A DNA stretch of 64,000 bases from an uncultured Actinomycetota bacterium (GCA_963843835.1 CAWJMD010000008.1:78752-142751); one strand, 5' to 3'. Numbered from the stretch's first letter, positions 42,070 to 53,614 are shown. Notes: a model not told the origin generated them from the letters alone. Translations and numbers: made by a program.

Positions 42070-44313
42070 GTGGGTGACGACGTGGGAGCCGTCCAGACCC
42101 GCCTCGAGCAGGAGGTGGTGGACCGGCTCTACGACCGGCTCGACGGGATGCGCGAGCGGACGGCGGCCGACCTGGCCGACGTGCGGCGCACGCTCGCGAC
42201 CGGCACGCACCAGTCGCGCTCGGAGCGTGACGCCTTCGCGACGCTGTACGAGAACCGCCTCGCCCAGCTGTGGGCGGTCGAGGACCGGCTCTGCTTCGGT
42301 CGGCTCGACCTGGTTCGGGGCGAGCACCGCTACGTGGGCCGGATCGGCCTCGCGGACGACGAGCAGAGGCGCATGCTCGTCGACTGGCGCGCGGACGCGG
42401 CGATGCCCTTCTACCAGGCCACTTCCGCCAAGCCCGGCGAGGTCGTGCGCCGCCGGCACCTGATGACCCGTGGCCGCTCGGTCACCGGGGTCGAGGACGA
42501 GGTGCTCGACCTCGACGGGCTCGACGACGGGTTGCGTTCCGCGCTCTCGGGTGAGGGTGCGCTCCTCGCGGCGGTCAACGCCCAGCGCACCGGGCGCATG
42601 GGTGACATCGTCGCCACCATCCAGGCGGAGCAGGACCGCATCATCCGTTCCGACCTGGCCGGGGTGCTCGTCGTGCAGGGCGGCCCGGGCACGGGCAAGA
42701 CAGCTGTCGCGCTGCACCGCGCCGCCTACCTGCTCTACACCTACCGGGAGCGTCTGGCCCGCAGCGGCGTGCTCGTGGTGGGGCCGAGCCCGGTGTTCCT
42801 GCGCTACATCGAGCGGGTGCTCCCGTCGCTCGGCGAGACCGGGGTCGTCATGCTGCCGGCGGGACAGCTGGTCGCCGGCGTCGAGGCGACCCATCACGAC
42901 GAGCCCCTGGTGGCACGCCTCAAGGGCGACGTCCGGATGGCGGACGCGGTCGCCGCCGCCATCGCCGCGCGGCAGAGGGTGCCCGCGGACCAGACCGTGC
43001 TCGAGGTCGAGGGCCACACCGTGCTGCTGACGCCCCGGGCCGTCGCGATCGCGCGCGACAAGGCCCGTCGCTCCGGCAAGCCGCACAACCAGGCCCGCGT
43101 CGCCTTCGTCAAGGACCTGCTGGTGCACCTGGCCGACCGCATGGCGCGCTCCCTCGGTTCCCAGTTCGACCCGGAGGACCGCGGCGACCTGATCGCCGAC
43201 CTGCGTGCCTCGCTCGACGTGCGGCGTGCCCTCAACCTGGCCTGGATGCCCCTGACGCCGCAGCGCGTGGTCTCGACCCTGCTGTCGGACCCGGAGCGCC
43301 TGCGGGACGCCGCGCCCTGGCTCAGCGACGAGCAGGTCTTGCTGCTCCTGCGTGACCGGGACGCGCCCTTCACGGTCGACGACGTCCCGCTGCTCGACGA
43401 GGCCGCCGAGCTGCTCGGCGAGGACGACGCCGCAGCGACCGCGCAGGAGCGGGCCGCGGCCGCCCAGCGAAGCAGCGAGGTGGAGTACGCCCGCGGGGTC
43501 GTCGAGATGACGGGCGCGGGCGGCCTGGTGACCGCCGAGCAGCTCGCCGACCGGTTCGGGGAGTCCGGCCCCGAGCTCAGCGTGGCCGAGCGCGCGGCGA
43601 CCGACCGCTCGTGGGCGTACGGGCACATCGTGGTGGACGAGGCGCAGGAGCTGTCGCCGATGATGTGGCGGCTCCTCGGGCGGCGTGTCCCGTCCAAGTC
43701 GATGACCGTGGTAGGGGACCTGGCGCAGACGCGGTCCGCGGCAGGCGCGGACGACTGGGGCACGATGTTGGCTCCGCTGGTCGAGAACCGTTGGCGTACT
43801 GAGGAGCTCACGGTCAGCTACCGGACGCCGTCCCAGATCATGGATGTCGCCGCCGCCCTGCTCGAGGCGACCGGCTCGTCGGCGCAGGCCCCGTCGGCCG
43901 TCCGCGAGGGACGGTGGGCGCCGAAGGCGCTCGGGACCGACCCGGACACGCTGCCCAAGACCGTCGTCGAGGCGCTCCGGCAGCAGATGGCCGACCTGGA
44001 GGGTGGGCGGCTGGCGGTGATCGCCACCGCCGCCGACCGCGACCGGCTGGCGCCGGTGCTCGTCGACGCGCTGCCCCAGGGGACGGTAGGCACCGGTTGG
44101 CAGGCGCTCGACCGCGAGGTCGCCCTGCTCGACGTGGCCGAGGCCAAGGGGCTCGAGTTCGACGGCGTCGTGCTGGTCGAGCCGGCGGCGGTCCTCGAGG
44201 CAGGGGCCAAGGGCACCGGCGACCTCTACGTGGCGCTCACGCGCTCCACCCAGCAGCTCGCCGTCGTGCACGCGCGGCCGCTGCCTCCTGGTCTGGACCG
44301 CCTGACGGACTGA
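42070..44313 (+). CDS. helD: HelD-family RNA polymerase-associated SF1 ATPase
   Basis: LCFGRLD, YVGRIGL, LVDWRADAA, DIVATIQAEQD, QGGPGTGKTAVALHR, VVDEAQELS, AKGLEFD. Confidence 0.9.
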   Translation: MGDDVGAVQTRLEQEVVDRLYDRLDGMRERTAADLADVRRTLATGTHQSRSERDAFATLYENRLAQLWAVEDRLCFGRLDLVRGEHRYVGRIGLADDEQRRMLVDWRADAAMPFYQATSAKPGEVVRRRHLMTRGRSVTGVEDEVLDLDGLDDGLRSALSGEGALLAAVNAQRTGRMGDIVATIQAEQDRIIRSDLAGVLVVQGGPGTGKTAVALHRAAYLLYTYRERLARSGVLVVGPSPVFLRYIERVLPSLGETGVVMLPAGQLVAGVEATHHDEPLVARLKGDVRMADAVAAAIAARQRVPADQTVLEVEGHTVLLTPRAVAIARDKARRSGKPHNQARVAFVKDLLVHLADRMARSLGSQFDPEDRGDLIADLRASLDVRRALNLAWMPLTPQRVVSTLLSDPERLRDAAPWLSDEQVLLLLRDRDAPFTVDDVPLLDEAAELLGEDDAAATAQERAAAAQRSSEVEYARGVVEMTGAGGLVTAEQLADRFGESGPELSVAERAATDRSWAYGHIVVDEAQELSPMMWRLLGRRVPSKSMTVVGDLAQTRSAAGADDWGTMLAPLVENRWRTEELTVSYRTPSQIMDVAAALLEATGSSAQAPSAVREGRWAPKALGTDPDTLPKTVVEALRQQMADLEGGRLAVIATAADRDRLAPVLVDALPQGTVGTGWQALDREVALLDVAEAKGLEFDGVVLVEPAAVLEAGAKGTGDLYVALTRSTQQLAVVHARPLPPGLDRLTD

Positions 44314-44331
44314 CCCGCCTGCCGGCGCAGG

Positions 44332-44916
44332 TCAGCTCGCGACGACCGGGGTTCCGACCAGCTCCGCTCCGGCCGCGCTCAGCTCGTCGAGGGCCGCGTC
44401 CGTGGTCGGACGCGCCACCCCGGCCGTCAGGTCCAGCAGCACGCGCGTGACGAAGCCGGAGGAGACGGCATCGAGCGCGGTCGCCCGGACGCAGTGGTCG
44501 GTCGCGATGCCCACGACGTCGACGTGGGTCACCCCTCGAGCTCCGAGCCAGTCGGCCAGTGCGTAGCCTGCGGGGTCGTGTCCCTCGAAGCCCGAGTAGG
44601 CGGCGGCGTGCTCGCCCTTGCGGAACCAGGCCTGCACCTCGCCGGCGTCGAGGGCGCGGTGCGACTCGGCCCCGCGGGTGCCGACCTCGCAGTGCGGCGG
44701 CCACGAGTCGACGTAGTCGGGGTCGTCACTGAAGTGCGGGCCGGGGTCGCGGTGCCAGTCGAGAGTCCCGGCCACCGCGTCGTACTCGTCGCGGTGGGCC
44801 CGGACGTGCTCGGTGATCGCCGCCGCCACGGCTGCGCCCCCGGAGACCGCCAGCGACCCCTCCTCGCAGAAGTCGTTCTGGACGTCGACGACGAGAAGGG
44901 CTCGGCGGATGGTCAC
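44332..44916 (-). CDS. pncA: Nicotinamidase / pyrazinamidase (isochorismatase family)
   Basis: VVDVQNDFCEEGSL, WPPHC, FRKG, GIATDHCV. Confidence 0.93.
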   Translation of the reverse strand: MTIRRALLVVDVQNDFCEEGSLAVSGGAAVAAAITEHVRAHRDEYDAVAGTLDWHRDPGPHFSDDPDYVDSWPPHCEVGTRGAESHRALDAGEVQAWFRKGEHAAAYSGFEGHDPAGYALADWLGARGVTHVDVVGIATDHCVRATALDAVSSGFVTRVLLDLTAGVARPTTDAALDELSAAGAELVGTPVVAS

Positions 44917-46262
44917 AGGTTCTCCTCGTAGATGGTCGGGATGGCGGGCTCGCCCTTCTGGAGGCGGTGCGCCTGGGGCGGGAGCTCGGCTCTGCTGGCC
45001 AGGTGGCGTTTGGCCGCGAGGGTCACCGCGAGCGGACCGGTGTGGTCGTGGTCGACCTCCCCCTCGGTCACGAGTGCCACGAGCAGCGACCGGTCGTCCC
45101 CGTCGTCCCTGGGACGGTGCCCGATGCCGACGACCTCAGCGGTCGCGGTAGCGGAGGGGTCGCGGCGGCGCAGCGCCCACTTGCGTCCGCCGACGCCGAC
45201 CTTGTCGCGCGAGGCCTTGGCGACACCCACCAGCCCGCCCGAGGAGTCCTCCCGCGCCACGAGCTTGTAGACCAGGCCCGCGGTCGGGTGGCCGCTGCCG
45301 GTGACCAGGGACGTGCCCACCCCGTACGCGTCGACCGGTCCCGCGGCCAGGGCGGCGATCGCGTGCTCGTCGAGGTCGGACGTGACGACGATGCGGGTCG
45401 ACGTGGCACCGAGCCGATCGAGCTGTGCTCGCACCTCGTGGGCCTGGACGAGCAGGTCCCCCGAGTCGAGACGGACGGCGCCAAGACCGGTGCCGGCGAT
45501 CTCGACCGCCGCGCGGACGCCCTCGGTGACGTCGTACGTGTCGACCAGGAGCGTGGTGCCCGGACCGAGCGACTCGACCTGCGCTGAGAAGGCCGCGCGC
45601 TCGTCGTCGTGCAGGAGCGTGAAGGAGTGGGCGGCCGTGCCGATGGTGGGCAGCCCGTAGACGCGGCCCGCCTCGAGGTTGGACGTGCCGGAGAACCCGC
45701 CGACGGCGGCCGCCCTCGCCGCCGAGACCGCCGCGTCCTCGTGCGTGCGGCGTGATCCCATCTCGAGGCAGGGGCGGTCGCCGGCGGCACAGGTCATCCG
45801 GCTCGCCGCGGCGGCGATCGCGCTGTCGTGGTTGAGCACCGACAGCACCATCGTCTCGAGCAGCACGGCCTCGGCGAACGTCCCCTCGACCACCAGCACG
45901 GGCGAGCCCGGGAAGAAGCACTCGCCCTCGGCGTAGCCCCAGACGGAACCGCGGAAGCGGTACTCCGCCAGCCAGCGCAGCGTCTCCTCGTCCACCACCC
46001 GCTCGCGGCTCAGCCACGACAGCTCGGTGTCGGAGAAGTGGAACGCCTCGAGGTCCTCCAGCAGCCGGCCCGATCCCGCAGCGACGGCGTAACGCCGCCC
46101 CTCGGGGAGCCGACGGGCGAACACCTCGAACACGCTGCGCCGGTGGGCCGCGCCGCTGCGCAGCGCGGCCTGCAGCATCGTGAGCTCGTAGCGGTCGGTG
46201 AGCAGCGACGTGCTCGTCGGCATGTGCCGCTCGTGAGGGGGGTGCTCTGCCTGCTGGCTCAC
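44913..46262 (-). CDS. pncB: Nicotinate phosphoribosyltransferase
   Basis: LLTDRYELTML, EMGSRRTHE, GTAAHSF, LLVDTYD, VRLDSGD. Confidence 0.95.
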   Translation of the reverse strand: MSQQAEHPPHERHMPTSTSLLTDRYELTMLQAALRSGAAHRRSVFEVFARRLPEGRRYAVAAGSGRLLEDLEAFHFSDTELSWLSRERVVDEETLRWLAEYRFRGSVWGYAEGECFFPGSPVLVVEGTFAEAVLLETMVLSVLNHDSAIAAAASRMTCAAGDRPCLEMGSRRTHEDAAVSAARAAAVGGFSGTSNLEAGRVYGLPTIGTAAHSFTLLHDDERAAFSAQVESLGPGTTLLVDTYDVTEGVRAAVEIAGTGLGAVRLDSGDLLVQAHEVRAQLDRLGATSTRIVVTSDLDEHAIAALAAGPVDAYGVGTSLVTGSGHPTAGLVYKLVAREDSSGGLVGVAKASRDKVGVGGRKWALRRRDPSATATAEVVGIGHRPRDDGDDRSLLVALVTEGEVDHDHTGPLAVTLAAKRHLASRAELPPQAHRLQKGEPAIPTIYEENL

Positions 46263-46317
46263 GCGGCAACCCTAGGCGACGCAGACGCCTCCGCACTGTC
46301 GGCCTACAGTGAGGCAC

Positions 46318-46620
46318 GTGCTGACGGTGTCCACGGCCCCCTCGGAGGTGGAGCAGACCTCCGCGGACGAGGCCGTCCGACCGGACACCCCCTGGGTGAC
46401 GATCGTCTGGAACGACCCCGTGAACCTCATGTCGTACGTCACCTACGTCTTCCAGAGCTACTTCGGGTACTCGCGGGAGGTGGCCGAGCGGCTGATGCGC
46501 GACGTGCACACGCTCGGCAAGGCCGTGGTGTCGAGCGGCTCGATGGAGGAGATGGAGCGCGACACCGAGGCCCTCCACGGCTACGGGCTGTGGGCCACGT
46601 ACTCCCAGGACGCCGCCTAG
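46318..46620 (+). CDS. clpS: ATP-dependent Clp protease adaptor ClpS
   Basis: [34 protein letters not shown]. Start uncertain (46309-46327). Confidence 0.95.
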   Translation: MLTVSTAPSEVEQTSADEAVRPDTPWVTIVWNDPVNLMSYVTYVFQSYFGYSREVAERLMRDVHTLGKAVVSSGSMEEMERDTEALHGYGLWATYSQDAA

Positions 46621-47264
46621 TGGCGCGCCGCTTCACGCGCAGGCAGAACGCGGTGGGGGCCTCTCTCGAGGAGGCCGAGATCGACCTGCTGGCGCGCCTC
46701 TTCACCGACGTGGAGGAGCTCCTGCGGCCCGACGTGCCGGACACCGTGCATCCCTGGGCCGCCGAGCTGGGGCTGGACGACGTCGCGTTGCAGGGGGTCG
46801 GCGACGACGACCAGCCCGCCGACTTCGACGACCCCGCACTGGCGCGGCTGCTGCCCCCGGCACGGCGTGACGACGACCGGGCCGCCGCCGAGTTCCGCCG
46901 CTTCACCGAACGCGGTCTGCGGCAGCGCAAGCGCGCCGCGCTGCGCAGCGCCCGGTCGGTGCTGGACGGGTGGCGCGCCGAGCCGGGGTCCGACCAGGTG
47001 ATGACCGAGCGGCAGGCGCAGGACTGGACCACGGCACTCACCGACGTGCGGCTCGTGCTCGCCGAGCGGCTGGGCATCGAGAGCGACGCGGACGCCGAGG
47101 CGCTGCACGACCTGGACCCGGACGACCTCGACCCCGACGAGCCGACCGACTGGCTGGCGATGGTCTACGACTTCGTCACGTGGGTCCAGGAGTCAGTCAC
47201 CGACGTGCTGCTGCAGACGCTGCCGCCCGAGGGCGACGGGCGCCGCCTGCCGCCGGACGTGTGA
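46620..47264 (+). CDS. DUF2017-family protein
   Basis: [29 protein letters not shown]; directly downstream of clpS as in other actinomycetes. Confidence 0.85.
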   Translation: MARRFTRRQNAVGASLEEAEIDLLARLFTDVEELLRPDVPDTVHPWAAELGLDDVALQGVGDDDQPADFDDPALARLLPPARRDDDRAAAEFRRFTERGLRQRKRAALRSARSVLDGWRAEPGSDQVMTERQAQDWTTALTDVRLVLAERLGIESDADAEALHDLDPDDLDPDEPTDWLAMVYDFVTWVQESVTDVLLQTLPPEGDGRRLPPDV

Positions 47265-47322
47265 CCGACACCGCGCCGCGGTGGGGGCGGACCGTCGCCG
47301 CCGCCGCCTAGGCTTGCCGACC

Positions 47323-48123
47323 GTGGCGGACGCACCGATCGGCATCTTCGACTCAGGCCTTGGCGGCCTGACGGTCGCGCGCGCCGTGATGGACCAGCTG
47401 CCGCACGAGCAGGTGCTGTACGTGGCCGACACGGCCCGCCAGCCCTACGGCCCGCGCCCGATCGCCGAGGTGCGTCGTTTCGCCCTCGACTGCCTCGACG
47501 AGCTCGTCGAGCGAGACGTCAAGCTGCTCGTCATCGCCTGCAACTCCGCCAGCGCGGCCGTGCTCCACGACGCCCGCGAGCGCTACCCCGTGCCGGTGGT
47601 CGAGGTGATCCGGCCGGCTGTGCGTCGCGCGGTCTCGGTAACCCACAGCGGCCGGGTCGGTGTCGTCTGCACGACGGCCACGGCCACGTCCGGCGCCTAC
47701 CCCGACGCCTTCGCGGCGGCACCGCACGTGCAGGTGACCACGCAGGCGTGCCCCCGCTTCGTCGAGCTGGTGGAGGCAGGCATCACGTCGGGTCCGGAGC
47801 TGCTGGAGGTGGCGCGCGGGTACCTGGAGCCCCTGGTCGAGGCGCGCGTCGACACCCTCGTGCTCGGATGCACCCACTACCCCCTGCTCGCCGGCGCCCT
47901 GTCCTTCGTGATGGGGTCCGGCGTCACGCTGGTCAGCAGCGCCGAGGAGACCGCCCAGGAGGTCTACCGGGTGCTCGCCGGGGCGCAGGCCACGCGGCCG
48001 GTCGAGGCGGCACCGCCCCAGCACCACTTCATGACGACGGGGGAGCCGGCGCAGTTCACCGCCCTGGCGCGCCGATTCCTCGGGCCCGAGGTGGTCGCTG
48101 AGGCGGCGGTGGTGCCGGCATGA
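47323..48123 (+). CDS. murI: Glutamate racemase
   Basis: [30 protein letters not shown]. Confidence 0.97.
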   Translation: MADAPIGIFDSGLGGLTVARAVMDQLPHEQVLYVADTARQPYGPRPIAEVRRFALDCLDELVERDVKLLVIACNSASAAVLHDARERYPVPVVEVIRPAVRRAVSVTHSGRVGVVCTTATATSGAYPDAFAAAPHVQVTTQACPRFVELVEAGITSGPELLEVARGYLEPLVEARVDTLVLGCTHYPLLAGALSFVMGSGVTLVSSAEETAQEVYRVLAGAQATRPVEAAPPQHHFMTTGEPAQFTALARRFLGPEVVAEAAVVPA

Positions 48124-48917
48124 GGCTGACCGTCATGGGGTGCTCCGGGTCGCTGCCCGGCCCCGACTCCCCGGCGTCCTGCTACCTGGTCGAGGCCGAC
48201 GGCCTGTCACCGGAGGGGGAGTCGCGCGCCTACCGCCTCCTTCTCGACCTCGGGAATGGCGCGCTGGGTCCCCTGCAGCGCCACGTCGCGTTGCCGGACA
48301 TCGACGCCGTGTGCCTGAGCCACCTGCACGCCGACCACTGCCTCGACCTGTGCGGGCTCTACGTCGCGCTGAAGTACGACCCCGACGGTGGCCCGCACGC
48401 GCGGGTGCCCGTGCACGGGCCGACGGGGACCGCCGGTCGCCTCGCGCGCGCGTACGACCTGCCCGAGAACCCCGGCATGAGCGCCGAGCTCGATGTGCGG
48501 GAGTGGGTGGCGGGGGAGCCGGTCACCGTCGGCCCGCTCAGCGTCACCCCGTACCGCGTCGAGCACCCGGTGCAGGCGTACGCGCTGCGGGTGAGCGGCC
48601 CCTCCGAGGTGGACGGGCACCCGGTGACCCTGACGTACTCGGGGGACACCGACGCCTGCGACGGGCTGGTCGGCGCCGCCGCCGGTGCCGACGTGCTGCT
48701 CTGCGAGGCGGCCTTCCAGGAGGGCCGCGACTCGGCGCGCGGCATCCACCTGACCGGGCTACGTGCCGGGGAGGCGGCACGCGACGCCGGCGTGGGGCGA
48801 CTTGTCCTGACCCATCTCCCGCCGTGGAACGACCCGCAGCGAACCCTCGACGAGGCACGGACCGTGTGGACGGGTCAGCTCGACCTGGCGGTGCAGGGGA
48901 TGCGCATCGACATCTGA
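48120..48917 (+). CDS. MBL-fold metallohydrolase (Rv1339-like)
   Basis: [19 protein letters not shown] (HxHxDH), YSGDTD, LTHLPPW; the usual neighbour of murI and rph. Confidence 0.88.
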   Translation: MRLTVMGCSGSLPGPDSPASCYLVEADGLSPEGESRAYRLLLDLGNGALGPLQRHVALPDIDAVCLSHLHADHCLDLCGLYVALKYDPDGGPHARVPVHGPTGTAGRLARAYDLPENPGMSAELDVREWVAGEPVTVGPLSVTPYRVEHPVQAYALRVSGPSEVDGHPVTLTYSGDTDACDGLVGAAAGADVLLCEAAFQEGRDSARGIHLTGLRAGEAARDAGVGRLVLTHLPPWNDPQRTLDEARTVWTGQLDLAVQGMRIDI

Positions 48918-48940
48918 GACGCCTGCCAGGACAACGACGA

Positions 48941-49738
48941 TCAGTTGAGGACGCGCACTCCCCCGGGAAGCGGGGCTCCCGTCAGCAGGTCGGCGGCGGC
49001 GTCGGCCAGGTGGGTGAGGGCGAGTCGCTGGGTCCAGGGCCCGTACGAGACGCGCGCGATCCCTGCTGCCTGGAGGTCCGCGACGGGCGGGTTGCCGGGT
49101 GCTCCGATGGTGGTCACCCGGCGGTCGCCGATGCCCTCGACGAGCGCCTGCACCATCTCGAGGTCCAGGCGGCCCGGGACGAAGACCACGGGGGCCCCGG
49201 CGTCCAAGAACGCCCGTCCACGCTCGATGGCGTCCCGCAGCACCTCGGCCGGGTCACGGTCGGCGCCCCGGAGCACGACGTCGGTCCGGGCGTTGAGCAC
49301 GAAGTCGGGAACGCCTTCCGCCTGGGCGGCGTTCATCGCTGCCTCGACCGCGGCCACGGCCTCGGGCAGCGGTCGCATCCCGTCCTCGAGGTTCGCGCCG
49401 ACCACCCCGACCCCGATGGCGCGGCGGATCGTCTCCCCCGGGTCGCCGTAGCCTGCCTCCAGGTCGGCGGAGACCGGCACGTCGACGGTCGCCGCGATGC
49501 GACCCACCATGTCGATCATCAGGTCGAGCGGGATCTGCTCGCCGTCCGGATAACCGAACGTGGCGGCGATCGAGTGGCTGGCCGTGGCCAGGGCCCTGCA
49601 GCCTGGTTGGTCGGCGACCACTCTCGCGCTGATCGCGTCCCACACGGTGACCATCACGAGCAGGTCCGGGTCGGTGTGAAGACGCAGGAGGTCGGTGGCG
49701 CGTCCTGGTGTGCCGGCGTCGGACGTCGAGTCGCTCAT
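48941..49738 (-). CDS. Isocitrate lyase / PEP mutase family protein
   Basis: [32 protein letters not shown]. Confidence 0.88.
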   Translation of the reverse strand: MSDSTSDAGTPGRATDLLRLHTDPDLLVMVTVWDAISARVVADQPGCRALATASHSIAATFGYPDGEQIPLDLMIDMVGRIAATVDVPVSADLEAGYGDPGETIRRAIGVGVVGANLEDGMRPLPEAVAAVEAAMNAAQAEGVPDFVLNARTDVVLRGADRDPAEVLRDAIERGRAFLDAGAPVVFVPGRLDLEMVQALVEGIGDRRVTTIGAPGNPPVADLQAAGIARVSYGPWTQRLALTHLADAAADLLTGAPLPGGVRVLN

Positions 49739-49795
49739 GCCACCACGCTAAGCCTCCGGCCGGGCTCGTCGCACCCCCTCGTTACGCTCGCACGC

Positions 49796-50542
49796 ATGAC
49801 CTCCCGACCCGACGGCCGCGCTCCCGACCAGCTCCGCGACATCCGCATCACCCGTGGGTGGCTCGACCACGCCGAGGGCAGCGTCCTCGTGGAGTTCGGT
49901 GCCACCCGCGTGCTCTGTGCCGCATCCCTCACCGAGGGGGTCCCGCGGTGGCGCAAGGGGTCGGGCAAGGGATGGGTGACGGCCGAGTACGCCATGCTGC
50001 CGCGCGCCACCAACACACGGTCGGACCGCGAGGCGGTCAAGGGCCGGATCGGGGGTCGCACCCACGAGATCTCCCGTCTGATCGGACGGTCCCTGCGCGC
50101 GGTCATCGACACGAAGGCGCTGGGGGAGAACACCATCGTGCTGGACTGCGACGTGCTGCAGGCCGACGGCGGCACCCGGACCGCGGCGGTGACGGGCGCC
50201 TACGTGGCTCTCGCTGACGCCCTCACCTGGGCCCGGGCCAAGAAGCTGGTGAAGGGCGACGCCCTGATCGACTCGGTCGCGGCCGTCTCGGTCGGGATCG
50301 CCGACGGCACACCGGTTCTCGACCTGAACTACGCCGAGGACGTGCGCGCCGAGACGGACATGAACATCGTCGCAACCGGACGTGGCCTCTTCGTGGAGGT
50401 GCAGGGCACCGCCGAGGGCGCACCCTTCGACCGTCGGGAGCTCGACTCTCTGCTCGACCTCGGGATCACCGGCTGCGCCGAGCTCACGCGCCTGCAGGCC
50501 GAGGCGCTCGCGCGACCGCTCGACCCCGCCGCCGCCCCGTGA
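49796..50542 (+). CDS. rph: Ribonuclease PH
   Basis: [48 protein letters not shown]. Confidence 0.98.
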   Translation: MTSRPDGRAPDQLRDIRITRGWLDHAEGSVLVEFGATRVLCAASLTEGVPRWRKGSGKGWVTAEYAMLPRATNTRSDREAVKGRIGGRTHEISRLIGRSLRAVIDTKALGENTIVLDCDVLQADGGTRTAAVTGAYVALADALTWARAKKLVKGDALIDSVAAVSVGIADGTPVLDLNYAEDVRAETDMNIVATGRGLFVEVQGTAEGAPFDRRELDSLLDLGITGCAELTRLQAEALARPLDPAAAP

Positions 50543-51168
50543 GCGGGCTCCACCCGTCGGCACGGGTCCTGCTGGCCACCCGCAACGCCCACAAGCTGGG
50601 CGAGATGCGCGCCATCCTCGCCTCCGCCGTGGGTACGGACGTCGACCTGGAGCACGGGCTGGTATCGCTCGAGGGTCTCGACACCCCCGACGTCGTGGAG
50701 TCCGGCGTCACCTTCGCCGAGAACGCGCTGCTCAAGGCGCGCGCGGCCGCGGCAGCGACGGGCCTGCCCTCCGTGGCGGACGACTCGGGCCTGGCGGTGG
50801 ACGTGCTGGGTGGTGCACCCGGCGTCTTCTCCGCGCGCTGGAGCGGCCTTCACGGGGACGACCGGGCCAACGTGGACCTCCTGCTCGCACAGCTGCGGGA
50901 CGTACCGGCAGAGCACCGCGCTGCCGGCTTCGTCTGCGCGATGGCCCTCGTGCACCCGGACGGGCGTGTGGTCGTCGAGCACGGACACCTGCGCGGGACG
51001 CTGACCACCGCGCCGCGCGGTGATGGCGGGTTCGGGTACGACCCCATCCTGCAGGTGGACGACTGCCGCACCCTGGCCGAGCTCCCGGCGGACGAGAAGA
51101 ACGCGGTCAGCCACCGCAGCCAGGCCCTCCGGGCGCTCGCCGACTCCCTCCTGCCGCTCCTGAAGTAG
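50539..51168 (+). CDS. rdgB: RdgB/HAM1 non-canonical purine NTP pyrophosphatase
   Basis: [36 protein letters not shown]. Confidence 0.96.
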   Translation: MSGLHPSARVLLATRNAHKLGEMRAILASAVGTDVDLEHGLVSLEGLDTPDVVESGVTFAENALLKARAAAAATGLPSVADDSGLAVDVLGGAPGVFSARWSGLHGDDRANVDLLLAQLRDVPAEHRAAGFVCAMALVHPDGRVVVEHGHLRGTLTTAPRGDGGFGYDPILQVDDCRTLAELPADEKNAVSHRSQALRALADSLLPLLK

Positions 51169-51210
51169 GACGAGGAGTGGTCCGGCAGGGGATCCGTCCC
51201 TTCTGCGGAC

Positions 51211-51236
51211 CCATCCGGCCAGGTCGCGGTGTCGAA
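51211..51236 (+). promoter_or_regulatory. SigK-type ECF promoter of the Mo-oxidoreductase gene
   Basis: CCATCC-N15-TCGAA, 8 nt upstream of the GTG start. Confidence 0.65.
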
Positions 51237-51244
51237 CACGACGT

Positions 51245-52777
51245 GTGAAAACCCCAAGACGACGACCACGCCTCCTCGCCGCCCTCGCGGGCGTCACCGC
51301 CGGAGGCTTCACCCTCGGCGTCGCCGAGGTCCTCGCGGCCGTCGTCTCACCGTCGTCGTCCCCCGTCCTCGCCGTCGGCTCCGCGTTCATCGACCTCACG
51401 CCGCCACCGCTCAAGGACTTCGCGGTCGAGACCTTCGGCACCAACGACAAGCTGGTGCTGCTCGTCAGCATGGTCGTCGTCATCACCGCTCTCGCCGCGG
51501 TGGCCGGGGTCCTCGCCGCTCGTCGCCGTCTGTTCGGCTGGGTCGCCGTCGGGCTGCTCGGCGTGGTCGCCGCGATCGCCGCCGTGACACGGGCGGGAGC
51601 CGGGCCGCTCGACGTGCTGCCCAGCGTCGTCGGCGCCGGAGCAGGCATCGTCGTCCTCGACAGGCTGCTCGACCGGCTCGATGGCGCCACGGGCGCGGGT
51701 GAGGGCGCGGACCGTCGCAGCTTCCTCGTCGCGATCGGGGTCACCGCCGCGGTCGCCGCCGTGGCCGGTGTGGGTGCAAGGGTTCTGGGCCAGCGTGCCC
51801 GCGACGTCGTTGAGGCCCGTGGCAACGTGGCTCTCCCTGGCGCCTCGACGCCCGCGCCGAGACCCCCCGCAGGCGTGCAGGTCGACCTGGACGGCATCAC
51901 GAAGTGGGTGACACCCAACAAGGACTTCTACCGGATCGACACCGCCCTCACCGTCCCCCAGGTCAACCCCGACGACTGGAGCCTACGGATTCACGGCATG
52001 GTCGAGGAGGAGGTCGAGATCACCTTCGCCGACCTCCTGGGCGCAGATCTCGTCGAGGCCTGGGTGACCCTGACCTGCGTCTCCAACGAGGTGGGTGGCG
52101 AGCTGGCCGGCAACGCGAAGTGGCTCGGCCTGCCCATCCGCGAGCTGCTGGAGCGGGCGCGACCCACCAGCGGCGCCGACATGGTGCTGTCGAGGAGCAT
52201 CGACGGCTTCACCGCCTCCACCCCGCTGGAGGTGCTGCAGGACTCCGACCGCGACAGCCTGCTGGCGATAGGCATGAACGACGAGCCGCTGCCGCTCGAG
52301 CACGGCTTCCCGGTGCGGATGGTCGTCCCCGGGCTCTACGGCTTCGTCTCCGCGACCAAGTGGGTCGTGGAGATGGAGGTCACGACGTTCGCGGACGCCA
52401 CGGCCTACTGGACCGACCGCGGCTGGGCCGAGAAGGCGCCGATCAAGACGGCGTCGCGTATCGACGTGCCCGCCTCGTTCGCCAAGGTCGCCGCCGGGCC
52501 GGTCGCCGTGGGAGGGGTGGCCTGGGCGCAGCACCGCGGCATCACGGCCGTCGAGGTGCAGGTCGACGGGGGCGGGTGGCAGGAGGCCACGCTCGGTGCG
52601 GAGGCAAACCTCGACACCTGGCGCCAGTGGTCCTACACGTGGGACGCGACCCCGGGCAGCCACACCCTGCGGGTGCGTGCCACCGACGCGACCGGTGCGG
52701 TGCAGACCGAGGAGCGTGCGCGACCGATCCCGGACGGCGCCGCAGGCTGGCACTCGGTCAACGTCACCGTCTCCTGA
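51245..52777 (+). CDS. Membrane-anchored molybdopterin oxidoreductase (sulfite oxidase/MsrP-like)
   Basis: N-terminal TM helices; [18 protein letters not shown] (Mo-Cys), [21 protein letters not shown]; C-terminal Ig-like domain. Confidence 0.9.
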   Translation: MKTPRRRPRLLAALAGVTAGGFTLGVAEVLAAVVSPSSSPVLAVGSAFIDLTPPPLKDFAVETFGTNDKLVLLVSMVVVITALAAVAGVLAARRRLFGWVAVGLLGVVAAIAAVTRAGAGPLDVLPSVVGAGAGIVVLDRLLDRLDGATGAGEGADRRSFLVAIGVTAAVAAVAGVGARVLGQRARDVVEARGNVALPGASTPAPRPPAGVQVDLDGITKWVTPNKDFYRIDTALTVPQVNPDDWSLRIHGMVEEEVEITFADLLGADLVEAWVTLTCVSNEVGGELAGNAKWLGLPIRELLERARPTSGADMVLSRSIDGFTASTPLEVLQDSDRDSLLAIGMNDEPLPLEHGFPVRMVVPGLYGFVSATKWVVEMEVTTFADATAYWTDRGWAEKAPIKTASRIDVPASFAKVAAGPVAVGGVAWAQHRGITAVEVQVDGGGWQEATLGAEANLDTWRQWSYTWDATPGSHTLRVRATDATGAVQTEERARPIPDGAAGWHSVNVTVS

Positions 52778-52796
52778 AACTCCTTCCCGTCCAGAG

Positions 52797-52822
52797 CAAT
52801 CCACCCCGACGGCTGTCCCGAA
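52797..52822 (+). promoter_or_regulatory. SigK-type ECF promoter of the fasciclin gene
   Basis: CAATCC-N15-CCGAA upstream of the GGAGG RBS. Confidence 0.65.
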
Positions 52823-52860
52823 CACATCACACAAGCTGCATCAAACCTGGAGGAACTACC

Positions 52861-53517
52861 GTGAAGAAGAACCGCCTCGCGATCGCCGCCCTGTTCGCCT
52901 CGGTCGCCCTGACGACCGCAGCCTGCAGCGGTGGTGGCACCGAGACCGCCGCCCCCTCCGAGGACACGTCGTCGTCCCCCTCGACGCCGATGGCCACCGA
53001 CACCGAGGCCGCGATGGCCTCTGGCCTGGTCGGCCCCGGCTGCGCCGGATACGCGGAGGCCGTGCCGGACGGCGCCGGCTCCGTCGACGGCATGGCTCAG
53101 GACCCGGTCGCCACCGCGGCGAGCAACAACCCGCTGCTGACGACCCTGACCGCGACCGTCTCGGGCGAGTACAACCCGGACGTGAACCTGGTCGACACCC
53201 TCAACGGTGGGGAGTTCACCGTCTTCGCCCCCGTCGACGACGCCTTCGCCAAGGTGGACGCCGCGACGCTCGAGACGCTGAAGACCGACTCGAACCTGCT
53301 GAGCTCGATCCTCACGTACCACGTGGTGCCGGGCCAGCTCGACCCCGAGGCCGTGGTCGGCTCGCAGGAGACCGTCCAGGGTGGGACCGTCGAGGTGACC
53401 GGCTCGGGCGACAACCTCAAGGTCAACGACGCCAACGTGATCTGCGGTGGTGTGAAGACCGCGAACGCCACGGTCTACCTCATCGACAGCGTGCTGACCC
53501 CGCCGGCTGCCGGCTGA
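52861..53517 (+). CDS. Fasciclin (FAS1) lipoprotein, MPT83/MPT70-like
   Basis: Lipobox TAAC; [55 protein letters not shown]. Confidence 0.93.
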   Translation: MKKNRLAIAALFASVALTTAACSGGGTETAAPSEDTSSSPSTPMATDTEAAMASGLVGPGCAGYAEAVPDGAGSVDGMAQDPVATAASNNPLLTTLTATVSGEYNPDVNLVDTLNGGEFTVFAPVDDAFAKVDAATLETLKTDSNLLSSILTYHVVPGQLDPEAVVGSQETVQGGTVEVTGSGDNLKVNDANVICGGVKTANATVYLIDSVLTPPAAG

Positions 53518-53533
53518 CCTGCAGCTGAACGAC

Positions 53534-53569
53534 ACGACGGCGCCGCCCCCGCTGGGGCGGCGCCGTCGT
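53534..53569. terminator. Intrinsic terminator-like hairpin
   Basis: Perfect 16-bp stem ACGACGGCGCCGCCCC / GGGGCGGCGCCGTCGT between the fasciclin gene and the convergent tRNA-Leu. Confidence 0.8.
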
Positions 53570-53614
53570 CGTCGTGCTCGTGTCCGGTCCGGCTTTGCGT
53601 CCGGTGCCGGTCGG

